From an uncultured virus (IMG/VR IMGVR_UViG_2822368973_000001) (taxonomy: Duplodnaviria; Heunggongvirae; Uroviricota; Caudoviricetes): a stretch of DNA of 64,000 nucleotides. A model generated the notes under the pieces. That model was not told where the DNA came from. It ran no database searches and was given only the letters and a program-made list of their open reading frames with translations. Location of the stretch: positions 1-64,000 of IMG/VR virus record IMGVR_UViG_2822368973_000001; one strand, written 5' to 3'. Below, in pieces: positions 39,398-49,254 of the stretch (the first letter of the stretch is position 1; each line of letters starts with the position of its first letter). Position numbers and translations under genes: made by a program.

Positions 39398-40600
39398 ATG
39401 GGATACGAACTAAAAAACGCCAATATCAGCTATGTTTCATTAGTTACAAAAGGCGCTAATGGTCGTCAATTCGCCATTATGAAAAGCGAATCTGCTAAAC
39501 AACCAAATATATCAAAGCAAGTTCCAATCCTTAAAACAGAGGAAGAGAAGCAGCTTGTTACAGGTGTAGTATATGAACCTGATGTAGAAGATTCACACGG
39601 GGATAAAATGACAGCAGAAGAAATTGAAAAGGCTGCTTATACCTTTATGGAGAATTACCAACACATTGACAAGCAACATGATGAAATCGCTGGTAAAGGG
39701 ACAGTTGTTGAAAACTGGATTGCTAAAAGTGATATGACAGTAGGCGAACAAGAAGTACAAGCAGGAACATGGCTTATGACTGTTCGTGTTGATGATGCAG
39801 ACACCTGGGAAGAAATTAAAAAAGGTGAAGTTACCGGTTTTTCTATGGGTGGATTTGGTGAACGAGTAGAAATCGCCAAGACTGATGATTTTACTCATGA
39901 AGATAAAGGCCTTATTCGAAAGATGTTAGATTTCGTTAAAGGTGAAACTCACAAAATCACAAAAGGCGAAGTAAAAGACCGCTTTATTGATGAAAAACAA
40001 AAGCGTGATTTACGAGCTGTCTTTAATTTGTTTGAAGATGTGTTCTATTGGGAGATTTGGGAAAGTAATCCCGATATCGATCGTATGGTAGCTGCTCTTG
40101 ATGATATGAAGGACATACTTTCTTCTATTAAAGGTGGTTATACCATTGCGAAATCAGAAGACAGTGTACAAGCAGAAAGCATTGTTTTAGAAAGTATTAA
40201 AAAAGCGGGTAAAGTATTATCCCAAAAGAATCATACAAAATTAGATGAAGCATTAGCTTTAATTACTGAAATAAAAGAAGCTGCTTCACCACAGGAGGAA
40301 GATGAAATGAAAGCAGAAGATATTGCAGAGATTGTTAAACAAGCAGTAGAACCACTAGCTACTAAGTTAGAAAAGATTGAAAAACAGGTGAATGGTGAAG
40401 AGGTAGAACCGACGCCAGAAGAGCAAACAGAGGAAGAAAAAGCTGCAGCAGTTATTCAAAAAGCATTAGAACCAATTACAAAGCGAATTGAAAATATCGA
40501 AAATGCTGCTTCTATCCGTAAAGGTTTAGATCCAGATGAAGAAGTTACACCAGGACAACAACCAATAAAAAAATCAGTATTCTCAAATTTAAATTTGTAA
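39398..40600 (+). CDS. XkdF-like prohead protease/scaffold
   Basis: VSLVTKGAN, VYEPDVEDSHGD, TGFSMGG. Confidence 0.88.
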   Translation: MGYELKNANISYVSLVTKGANGRQFAIMKSESAKQPNISKQVPILKTEEEKQLVTGVVYEPDVEDSHGDKMTAEEIEKAAYTFMENYQHIDKQHDEIAGKGTVVENWIAKSDMTVGEQEVQAGTWLMTVRVDDADTWEEIKKGEVTGFSMGGFGERVEIAKTDDFTHEDKGLIRKMLDFVKGETHKITKGEVKDRFIDEKQKRDLRAVFNLFEDVFYWEIWESNPDIDRMVAALDDMKDILSSIKGGYTIAKSEDSVQAESIVLESIKKAGKVLSQKNHTKLDEALALITEIKEAASPQEEDEMKAEDIAEIVKQAVEPLATKLEKIEKQVNGEEVEPTPEEQTEEEKAAAVIQKALEPITKRIENIENAASIRKGLDPDEEVTPGQQPIKKSVFSNLNL

Positions 40601-40620
40601 TATAAGGAGGAATAAACAAT

Positions 40621-41604
40621 ATGAACAATCAACAATTATTAAATCGTTTATCTAAAATTGAAAAGACAATTACTACAGGTTCAGTTTCTTCTGGTTTATT
40701 AAATCCAGAGCAAAGCAAAGAATTCTTTAGAATGGCATTTGACGCAACACCATTCTCTCAATTACATCGAAAAGAGATGCGTAAAGCAAAACAAGGTGTA
40801 CTTGATAAAGTTGGTATTGGCGGCCGCATTCTACGTAAGAAAACAGAAAATAAAGATGAGGATTACCGTGCAGGTGTTACTACATCAACTATTCCATACA
40901 ATACAAAAGCACTCCGCCTACCTTGGGAAATTACAGAAGAAACTCTTCGTGAAAATATTGAAGGTGAAGGTTTTGAAGATACAGTAATGACTCTTATGTC
41001 ATCTCAAACGGGGGTTGATTTAGAGGATTTACACTGGAATGGTGATATTGAATCATCGGATCCATTCTTATCAATTAACGATGGTTGGTTAAAGAAAATC
41101 TTAAAATCTAAAGAATCGCATATTATTGACCACGCTAAATTAGTGACTGGTACAGGAGAAGAAGCAAAAGCAAAAGCAAATGGATTTGGTAAAGGTTCAA
41201 TCTTTGCGTTATCTGGTGTTATGCCAAACAAATATAAGAATAGTAATCTACGTTGGATCATGTCGCCAAATCGTAGAGAAAAATGGATTGAGTATTTAAC
41301 AAATCGTCCTACAGGTGCTGGTGACGCTGCATTACTTGGAGCAGGAGATCAAGTTAATAAACCGATGGGATACGGAATTGTTACAGTTCCTTCTTTAACG
41401 GATGATGTTATTATTCTTGCAGATCCACGTAACTTTATTGCTGTTAACACATACGAAACTCGTATTCGTAAAACAACAGAAGGTAAATCTGCAGTAATGG
41501 AAGATAAACGATTCTATGTAATTCACTTTGATGATGATGCTGTAATTCAAGAATTGGATGCAGTAGCAATCCTAATAAATATTCCGGATACGTTTGGAGC
41601 TTAA
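40621..41604 (+). CDS. Major capsid protein
   Basis: GLLNPEQS, ITEETLRENIEG; position. Confidence 0.9.
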   Translation: MNNQQLLNRLSKIEKTITTGSVSSGLLNPEQSKEFFRMAFDATPFSQLHRKEMRKAKQGVLDKVGIGGRILRKKTENKDEDYRAGVTTSTIPYNTKALRLPWEITEETLRENIEGEGFEDTVMTLMSSQTGVDLEDLHWNGDIESSDPFLSINDGWLKKILKSKESHIIDHAKLVTGTGEEAKAKANGFGKGSIFALSGVMPNKYKNSNLRWIMSPNRREKWIEYLTNRPTGAGDAALLGAGDQVNKPMGYGIVTVPSLTDDVIILADPRNFIAVNTYETRIRKTTEGKSAVMEDKRFYVIHFDDDAVIQELDAVAILINIPDTFGA

Positions 41605-41719
41605 TATCCAGGCGTATTTTTTATGGTAATAAACCCTTTGTTATTAGGGTTTTGAATGTATACTTTTTTAATATTTTCTTGTTTTTAACGGAAAACGAGA
41701 CAGAACCAATAAAACCAAC

Positions 41720-41878
41720 AATACGAATGTAAACTTTCATTGATTAGTTTACATTCGTATTTTCAATGAGAAAAAACACAGCAATGACCTAGGCTATATT
41801 GTGAATGCTCATAGTACTATATGTTGGATATCAAAAACGTGTTAAAAAGTAAACTTTTAATAATTAGTTTACATTCGT
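41720..41878. repeat. Palindromic GTAAACT-N10-AGTTTAC sites
   Basis: 16-bp perfect arms at 41720-41761; second copy at 41849-41878. Confidence 0.8.
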
Positions 41879-41894
41879 GAAAGGGGTGTTAATT

Positions 41895-42059
41895 ATGAAA
41901 GTAGTTACGCTGCGATTAGGTGGTACTTATACCGCTTATGGACAAAAGTTTAAGAATGGCCAAGAAGAAACAATAGCAAATGATAAAGCTGATTACCTTG
42001 TAAGTACTGGACATTTTGAACTTGTAAAAGAAGTCGATAAGAAGGAGAAAGAAACATAA
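41895..42059 (+). CDS. YqbF-like small head protein
   Basis: GGTYTAYGQKF...ADYLVSTGHFE. Confidence 0.6.
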   Translation: MKVVTLRLGGTYTAYGQKFKNGQEETIANDKADYLVSTGHFELVKEVDKKEKET

Positions 42060-42595
42060 TGGATATTACCTTGCAGGACATTAAAGACCGCGTAAATGTA
42101 CAGAAGATGCCTGATACAGTTATTCAAGAACTAATAGATTACTATGCGGTTATTGCTAGAAAGTATTTACGAGTAAAACCGGAGAATCCAATGAAAGAAG
42201 TCATTCAAACAAGCAAACTAGCTTGGATTTCTTTTCTTGCTGAATCTATAGCAAAAGTAACTCATGTTAGTTCGAAACAAGATATGACCGATTCTATTAC
42301 TGTAAATGGGCGTATTGTTTATGGTTTATCCGAAAATCAGTTATATGAATTCGAATATAAGATACAAGATTATGATGATCTGCAGGTACTTATGAAGAAA
42401 TGTATTATTGATTTGGTTGTTTCTGCAGTAGTTCGCGCTAACTTACAACGAAAAGGTATGAAGACATCGGAGAGTATAGGGGATTATTCGTACCAGATTA
42501 GCCCAGAAACGCTAGATGAACCAGCTACGAACAATAAGATACTCAATGGTTTAAAAGGCTTTAGAGCAAGAGTTAAGCCGGTGATGGCTACATGA
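42059..42595 (+). CDS. Head-tail connector
   Basis: SESIGDYSY motif; position. Confidence 0.75.
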   Translation: MDITLQDIKDRVNVQKMPDTVIQELIDYYAVIARKYLRVKPENPMKEVIQTSKLAWISFLAESIAKVTHVSSKQDMTDSITVNGRIVYGLSENQLYEFEYKIQDYDDLQVLMKKCIIDLVVSAVVRANLQRKGMKTSESIGDYSYQISPETLDEPATNNKILNGLKGFRARVKPVMAT

Positions 42596-42960
42596 ATACG
42601 TACTTCGATGATGGCGATATGGATGATTTATATATTCATGAGGTAGTAGTAAAACGAAAAATGAAAAAGAAACAATCCTCAGGTAATTATGCAGAAGTAG
42701 ATGAAGACGTTTATGAGAATATGACTTGTCGTGTAACTACTAATTCTGCTGCTGATAATGAGAGGTTTAAGCGTGATAAGCAAAATTTCGATACAACCTT
42801 TAAGATATATGCACCTGCTTCCTACAAAATTAAGCCTAATAACCGTATCCATTTCAAAAGTGATGAATTAGGCGTTGATTATATGTTTGAAGTAAAAGGT
42901 GAACCACGTAATCCTGCATTTATGAATCATCACATTGAAATTTATTGCGAAAAGGTATGA
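42592..42960 (+). CDS. Head closure protein
   Basis: Position, size, HHIEIYC end. Confidence 0.7.
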   Translation: MNTYFDDGDMDDLYIHEVVVKRKMKKKQSSGNYAEVDEDVYENMTCRVTTNSAADNERFKRDKQNFDTTFKIYAPASYKIKPNNRIHFKSDELGVDYMFEVKGEPRNPAFMNHHIEIYCEKV

Positions 42961-42966
42961 TTCTAT

Positions 42967-43377
42967 ATGGCGAATTCGGTAGAAATTGAGTACTCAAGCA
43001 ATATGGAGCAAGTAAAGACGCTTATTAATGCTATATGTGTTGAAAAAGTTACAGCAGCATCTATTCATTTACAAAATCAAGTGAAGAAGAATCTCACGGG
43101 TAGCCGTAGCGGTAAACAATACAAAATACCTCATACGAGTCGTAAATATACTGCTTCTAAACCAGGTGAAGCTCCTGCTGTTCGTACTGGTGACTTGTTA
43201 AATTCGATTAAATACAATGTTAAACGGTCACAATCAGAGGTATTGGGTGCAGTAGGAAGCGACTTGCAGAAAGCAATATGGCTTGAAACTGGTACAAGTC
43301 ATATGGAAGCCCGTCCATTCCTATTAAAAGCGTTTGAAAAAGAACGCAGAGAACTTAAAAGAATGATGGGAGGGTAA
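42967..43377 (+). CDS. HK97 gp10-like tail completion protein
   Basis: PAVRTGDLLNSI, LETGTSHMEARPFL. Confidence 0.85.
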   Translation: MANSVEIEYSSNMEQVKTLINAICVEKVTAASIHLQNQVKKNLTGSRSGKQYKIPHTSRKYTASKPGEAPAVRTGDLLNSIKYNVKRSQSEVLGAVGSDLQKAIWLETGTSHMEARPFLLKAFEKERRELKRMMGG

Positions 43378-43380
43378 TAG

Positions 43381-43803
43381 GTGTCTAACGCTATTGCAGC
43401 TATTAGAATGCTTGTAGAGAACGATGAAATAATAAAAGCTAATCTATCAGAATATGGTGAAGGCGAGGACAAAGGCCCTGCTCTTTCATTCCAGACTGCA
43501 CAAGATGATATGGAAATGCCTTATGTAGTTATGAGAATTGAAGCAGATAATCCGGATGATGTTGAAATTATAGATCGTATGATTCTAAATTTCGATGTGT
43601 ATTGTGATAATGGGGATTATGATAATGCAAAGTTAATTGCTACACGTATTGAAAAGTTACTAGATAGAGAAGTTGGTTTAAAAGATGATGGGATACTTTC
43701 TATACATCGTGCAGGTAAACTGCCGGTACCAGATGAAGACCCATCTATCATTCATATAAATGCGAAATTTCTTGTCCGAACCATGCGAACGGACTTGTAT
43801 TAG
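43381..43803 (+). CDS. Tail terminator-like protein
   Basis: MPYVV motif; position before tail tube. Confidence 0.7.
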   Translation: MSNAIAAIRMLVENDEIIKANLSEYGEGEDKGPALSFQTAQDDMEMPYVVMRIEADNPDDVEIIDRMILNFDVYCDNGDYDNAKLIATRIEKLLDREVGLKDDGILSIHRAGKLPVPDEDPSIIHINAKFLVRTMRTDLY

Positions 43804-43815
43804 GGGGTAGGGCAA

Positions 43816-44418
43816 ATGAGCTGGAAATTAATTAATGGTGTCCGTGAAGGGACTACAGATAATTTTGTTATCGGTCCTGGTGTCATGTACAAAGGGTTTA
43901 AAAGTGTAAAAGAATTAGGTGAACTTGTAGGAGCGACTACAGGCGGAACTAAAGTGGGTTTTGATCGTGAGTATTATGATGCAGATATTGATGGTGTACT
44001 AGGTAAAATGGTACGCGGTAAGTGGTTATTAAAAGATGAGCCGCATGTAGAACTTACATTAGTAGAGTTTACAAAAGAAAACCTGCAGTTAGCTTTACCA
44101 GGGATGACGGTAGATAGTACAACTGAAACAGATTACGATATTATGAAACCTTCAAATGATATTCCGGATTCAAACTATCATGATATTGCACTCATTGGTA
44201 TGATTTCGGGTAGTGAGCTACCAGTCATTTTTGTAATTCGTAATGCAATGGTAGTTTCATCTATTGAAGTAGATCTAAAAGACGGTAAAGGAACGGTTGG
44301 TTTGAAATGTAAATTTATCGGTCATTACAGTGAATCTGCACCAACTACACCACCATACGAAATCTATTTACCAAAGAAAAAGAAAGTAACAGTACAAAAA
44401 GCACCGGCTACCGCATAA
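43816..44418 (+). CDS. Major tail tube protein
   Basis: VGATTGG motif; position. Confidence 0.8.
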   Translation: MSWKLINGVREGTTDNFVIGPGVMYKGFKSVKELGELVGATTGGTKVGFDREYYDADIDGVLGKMVRGKWLLKDEPHVELTLVEFTKENLQLALPGMTVDSTTETDYDIMKPSNDIPDSNYHDIALIGMISGSELPVIFVIRNAMVVSSIEVDLKDGKGTVGLKCKFIGHYSESAPTTPPYEIYLPKKKKVTVQKAPATA

Positions 44419-44476
44419 ATGGTAGTCGGTTTTCTATTGCATAAAACGAGCTGAATACAAAAAAGGAGCGGACAAA

Positions 44477-44995
44477 ATGACTTCTATATTAGAAAAAATG
44501 ATGAATACCGGTACAGAAATTACAATCTTAGGTGAAAAAGTAACAATGCGACGATTAAATGTAACGGACGTTTGGCGATTCGCTAAGATTATTTCGAAGG
44601 TTGGACGCAACGCAATAGTTAACTTTGCAGATTTCGGCAAGGATAAGCAAGCAATGGATGAACTAACTAAAGCAGCAGAATCTCTTCCAGAAGAAGAAAA
44701 ACAAGCGCAATTAGTTGCACTTAAAGAAAAGCAGCAACAAAAAGGATTAGAATTTGCTTTCCGTGTTCTAACGATGATCCCTGCTTGTGAGGATGATTTT
44801 ACAGAGTTCTTTGCTAGTTTATTAAAAGTGAAAGCAGAAGAATTTAGACAGTTCCCTCCGGGAGCAATGGTTGCTGTTATACAGGGCCTATTAGAAAGTG
44901 AAGACTTAATGACTTTTTTCAACCAGGTCAAGGGACTCGTGAAAGTTCAGAGCGAGAAATGGAGCCAATCAGCAGCGGCGCCGAACCTAGCGTAA
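44477..44995 (+). CDS. Tail assembly chaperone (G-like)
   Basis: Position; slippery T TTT TTC at 44914-44920. Confidence 0.8.
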   Translation: MTSILEKMMNTGTEITILGEKVTMRRLNVTDVWRFAKIISKVGRNAIVNFADFGKDKQAMDELTKAAESLPEEEKQAQLVALKEKQQQKGLEFAFRVLTMIPACEDDFTEFFASLLKVKAEEFRQFPPGAMVAVIQGLLESEDLMTFFNQVKGLVKVQSEKWSQSAAAPNLA

Positions 44996-45378
44996 ATGAA
45001 AATTCAGATGAATATTTAGAGGAAGCCGAACAAAATATGTTACGTGCTTTCGATAAGATCCAAAAACGGTATGGATGGACAGATGATTATGTCTTATCCA
45101 TACCGTATTCGCGTTTAATGGACCTGTTTTCTTTAATTGCACGAGAAGAGCAGCAAGAAGAACTAAATGAGTGGAAGAAGATGGCGTTCATTGGCTTTCA
45201 AACTCGCCAACTTGAAGAAGGTACTACTTTTAATGATTATCTTCAAGCCTTTGGACTAACTGACACCCAGGACGATAAAGAATCATCTTATGAAATGGGT
45301 GAAGTATGGACGAAAGAAGAGTGTGAAGCGCATGTTGCTCAAATCATGGCTCACTTCCAAGAAGACGATGAAGAATAA
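44920..45378 (+). CDS. Tail assembly chaperone extension (T-like, -1 frame)
   Basis: -1 frame open from the slippery site into ORF 44959-45378. Confidence 0.75.
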   Translation, partial: QPGQGTRESSEREMEPISSGAEPSVNENSDEYLEEAEQNMLRAFDKIQKRYGWTDDYVLSIPYSRLMDLFSLIAREEQQEELNEWKKMAFIGFQTRQLEEGTTFNDYLQAFGLTDTQDDKESSYEMGEVWTKEECEAHVAQIMAHFQEDDEE

Positions 45379-45412
45379 AATGGTTATCGGCCCCGTGAAA
45401 GGGGGTGCGTAA

Positions 45413-48400
45413 ATGTTAGCTGAAATGTTCCAACTGTTCGGAACGATTGGTATTAAAGCAGAAGGCGCTTATAAAGATTTACAACAATTCGAGGATCGTG
45501 TACAAAAAACTGCAAATGGAATGCATGATAAGTTTCAAAAAGCAGGGGAATCAATTAGCCATGTAGGTAGTAAGATGCAAGAAACAGGCGCAAATATGAC
45601 TGCAGGTGTTTAATTGCCTTTAGCTGGTATTGGTGCTGCTGCTGTAAAAGTAGCGTCTGATTTTGATGCGTCTAATAGAAAGCTAGAATCTACACTTGGT
45701 TTATCAAAAGAAGCTACAAAAGAGCTTGGTAATGTTGCAAAAGATACCTGGAAAGATGGATTTGGAGAAAGTATTCAAGAAGTTGATGAAGCTGTAATAC
45801 AAGTAAGTCAAAACATGAAGAATCTTTCTTTCGATGAAATGCAGGGAGCTACGCAGAACGCTATGACTCTTGCGAAAACTTTTGACACGGATGTGAATGA
45901 GGTTACACGAGGGGCCGGACAGCTTATGAATCAGTTCGGTTTAGATGCAAAAGAGACATTTGACCTTTTAGCTTCTGGTGGACAAGCAGGCTTAAACTTC
46001 TCAAATGAAATGTTTGATAACATTTCCGAATACGCGCCTTTATTTAAACAAGCAGGATTTTCTGCAGAAGAGATGTTTACCATTATGGCAAATGGAACGC
46101 AAGATGGTTCATATAATCTCGATTACATAAACGATCTTGTGAAAGAGTTCGGTATTCGTGTACAAGATGGATCAAAAGGTGTAACAGAAGCTTTTGCAGA
46201 AATGAGCCCAGAAACTCAAAAGGTTTGGGACAATTTCAATAAAGGTAAAGGAACTTCTGCAGATGTATTTAATGCCGTCTTAGGTGATTTAGGTAAGATG
46301 GACGATAAAGTAAAAGCAAACCAGCTTGGTGTTGCTGTATTCGGTAGATGATACATTGTGCCGAAGTAAAATTGCGGTATTAAGCAAGAAGGGTGAGATT
46401 CCTAACTTGAACCGAAGGCTATACCAAGTATAGTCAGGGGCAGAGCATAGAAGGTGAAAAGATATAATCCTTCCACGAGACCGCGACACTTTAAGTGAAA
46501 ACATATGCCGAACTTGCACTAATATGAAGTGCAAGAAGTAGAGGATAAAAAGCCTTTACGATAACACATGACAAAATGGGAAGACATGGGTGCAGAAGCT
46601 GTATTAGGACTAAATAACGCCGATGGTGCATTACAAAACGTTGATGGCAGCATGAAAAAAATGCAGAAAACGCAGCAAGAAGCTTTTGGTGTTCGTTGGC
46701 AGAAACTTGCTCGTACCACAATGGCATCATTAGAACCGTTAGGACAAGCTATTCTAGATATTGCAGAAGTGGCACTCCCTCCAATCATTAAAGCAGTAGA
46801 AGTTGCTGCAAAGGCATTTAGTTCAATTCCTAAGCCAATTCAAATTGGTATTGTAGCAATTTTAGGTATGGTTGCTGTATTAGGACCGTTAATTGCCATG
46901 ATGGGCTTTATGACAAGTGGAGTAGGTGCATTTGTTGGCTCGTTTAGATTCCTTGTACCAGTATTAACAAAAGTACCAATGCTATTTACAGGGATACTAA
47001 AGGTTGGCCCTAAACTTATTGGTATGTTTGGTGGAATAGGAAAGGCCCTAGCACTGTTGGGCAGATCCATGATGACTTTACTGATGAATCCTTGGACGAT
47101 TGCCATACTAGCAATTGTAGGATTAGTATATCTGATTTATAAAAACTGGGATGACATCGTTAAATATACCAAACAAGCAGTTAAATGGGTTGGTGATGCC
47201 TGTTCTAAGGCTTGGGACGCAACCGTAAAAGGTGCGAAATCCGCTTGGAATGGTTTAGGTAAGTTCTTCTCTGGATTCTGGGAAGGTACGAAAAAATTAT
47301 TCAGTTCTGCAATGTCATTCATAGGTAAAATATTTTCTAAAGCTTGGGATGGTTATGTAAAAGTAGTTAAATTTTATTTTAGCTTAATGAAAAATATAAT
47401 TGAATTCGGTTGGAATGCTATAAAATTCATTTTCAAATTTGCCTTAGATGGATTAAAAAAAATTGTAGATGGTACATGGAAGTTCATTAAGAATAGTGTC
47501 CAAAAAGCTGTTAACACTTGGAAAAATATATTTAACACTGGATGGAATATTATTAAAAGAATTTTCTCTATAGCTTTAGCTTTAATAAAGCAGTACGTAA
47601 AAACCGAATTCGAAAAAATGAAAAATACAATTTCCAGTGTTTTTAATACGATTAAGGATATTGTAAAAAAAGCCTGGGACGCAATTAAATCAACCTTTAC
47701 TACAGTATTAAAATTCTTAAAAGATTTTGTAAAATCTTCTTGGGAATCTATTAAAGATACAATTTCTAGCGTTATGAACACAATTAAAAATGTGATTCAA
47801 TCAGCTTGGAATTTTATAAAGTTCATAATCATTAGTGCAGTACGTGAATTTGTTGGGTTTGTAATTACTAATTTCAACAAATTATATAACACAATAACCG
47901 ATGTTGTTGGCGGTATAAAAGAATTTATTGTTAGTAGCTTTAAAACTATAAAAAAAGCAATCACTGGTGCATTTACAGGGGTTGTAGATACTGTTAAAGA
48001 TGTATTTAGTAAGGTTGGTTCTATAGTAAAAAACGTAGCAAAAGATGCAATTAGTTGGGGAAAAGATATTATCGCAGGTATTGGTGAAGGTATGTCCGGC
48101 ATGGCAGATTGGCTTGTAAAAAAAGCTAAAGGCGTTGTTTCGGGAATACCTAAAGCAGTATTGAAGTTCTTTGGTATCCGAAGCCCATCCCGGTTAATGA
48201 TGGAATACGGGGGCTATATTACAGAAGGTCTTGGTGTAGGGATGGAAAAAATGATTCCTGCAGTAGACAAAGCTTCTGAACTATTAAATAAAGCTGTCGT
48301 TCCACCTAAACCAATGAAACTAGTGACCGATGTATCTAATCAAATTGGACAAATGGGCGCACGTTCTGCTGATTTAATTGGTAAAACTGCACATCCATTT

Positions 48401-48574
48401 GCTGGACAAACCCACGTTGAGAAGAAAACGGATAATGGCGTAACAATTCAAAATGCTACATTTAAAGTCTCTGTTGAAAAACTACAATCTGCAGACGACT
48501 TTGTAAAAATGAGAAAGCTGCTACAAAACGTAGTTGCTGATGATCTAATGGGAATGGCGGTGCGAAATGTATGA
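45413..48574 (+). CDS. Tape measure protein: exons 45413-46345 and 46571-48574, with in-frame TAA at 45611-45613
   Basis: Spliced junction reads GVAVFG-TKWEDMG; Trp/Phe-periodic repeats; GIRSPSRLM; 978 codons if the stop is corrected. Confidence 0.9.
46346..46570 (+). ncRNA. Group I self-splicing intron, no homing endonuclease
   Basis: Exon ends in U, intron ends in G; P1 UUCGGU/GCCGAA, P3 GCGGU/ACCGC, P7 GCAUA/UAUGC, P9 CUUGCACU/AGUGCAAG. Confidence 0.9.
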
Positions 48575-49254
48575 GTATATTAAAAACATTGCATAGAAGA
48601 GCTGGTTCATACCATCTCTTAGGAAAGGCTGCAGAGCTAAAAGACACAATACGATATACCATTAATTTCTCATGGCCTGGGACATATAACTTTTCGTTTT
48701 TGTCCCAGGTTCCTATTGGTTCTGATGGAATGCTACCGAATAAATACTTTGTTGTTCGGGTTAATGGGATTGAAAGATTCAGAGCACGAGGTCCTTATGA
48801 TTGGGAAGCGAGAGAAATCTTTGTTGGTGCAGGTCCACAAACGATTGAATTTACAACAATCGGTTATGGTTCTTCTGACGTAGCATATATACGCGACGTA
48901 CATTATTATGCTTTTGGACATGTACCTAATATCGAAAAGATTGAACAAACAAAATTACCGAAATCACTAGATGGCTTAAAAACTTATAATGTCATGCACG
49001 GATATCCTCGTTACCAAAGTGCAGGGAATAAAGGTTGTGAAGTAGAATTTACGGCTCTATTCAACGATATCAGTCATTGGCGTGAGTTCATGAGGGAAAT
49101 ATATCGCCCTCATATTATTACAGGTGATTACGGTACCTATGGGGGTATTATTCCACCAAATGAAGTAGATGCAATACGAAAAGGAACGCTAGTCATAGCA
49201 AAATGCAAATTAATATCTATGTCACAAGCAGGAGTAGGAGTTGATGGAATGTGA
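48571..49254 (+). CDS. Putative distal tail protein
   Basis: Position directly after the tape measure gene. Confidence 0.55.
   Translation: MSILKTLHRRAGSYHLLGKAAELKDTIRYTINFSWPGTYNFSFLSQVPIGSDGMLPNKYFVVRVNGIERFRARGPYDWEAREIFVGAGPQTIEFTTIGYGSSDVAYIRDVHYYAFGHVPNIEKIEQTKLPKSLDGLKTYNVMHGYPRYQSAGNKGCEVEFTALFNDISHWREFMREIYRPHIITGDYGTYGGIIPPNEVDAIRKGTLVIAKCKLISMSQAGVGVDGM

Noticed and set aside
46289..46788. Minus-strand ORFs as an intron homing endonuclease
   Set aside because: Wrong strand, no HNH/GIY-YIG/LAGLIDADG motif, and the intron is only 225 nt
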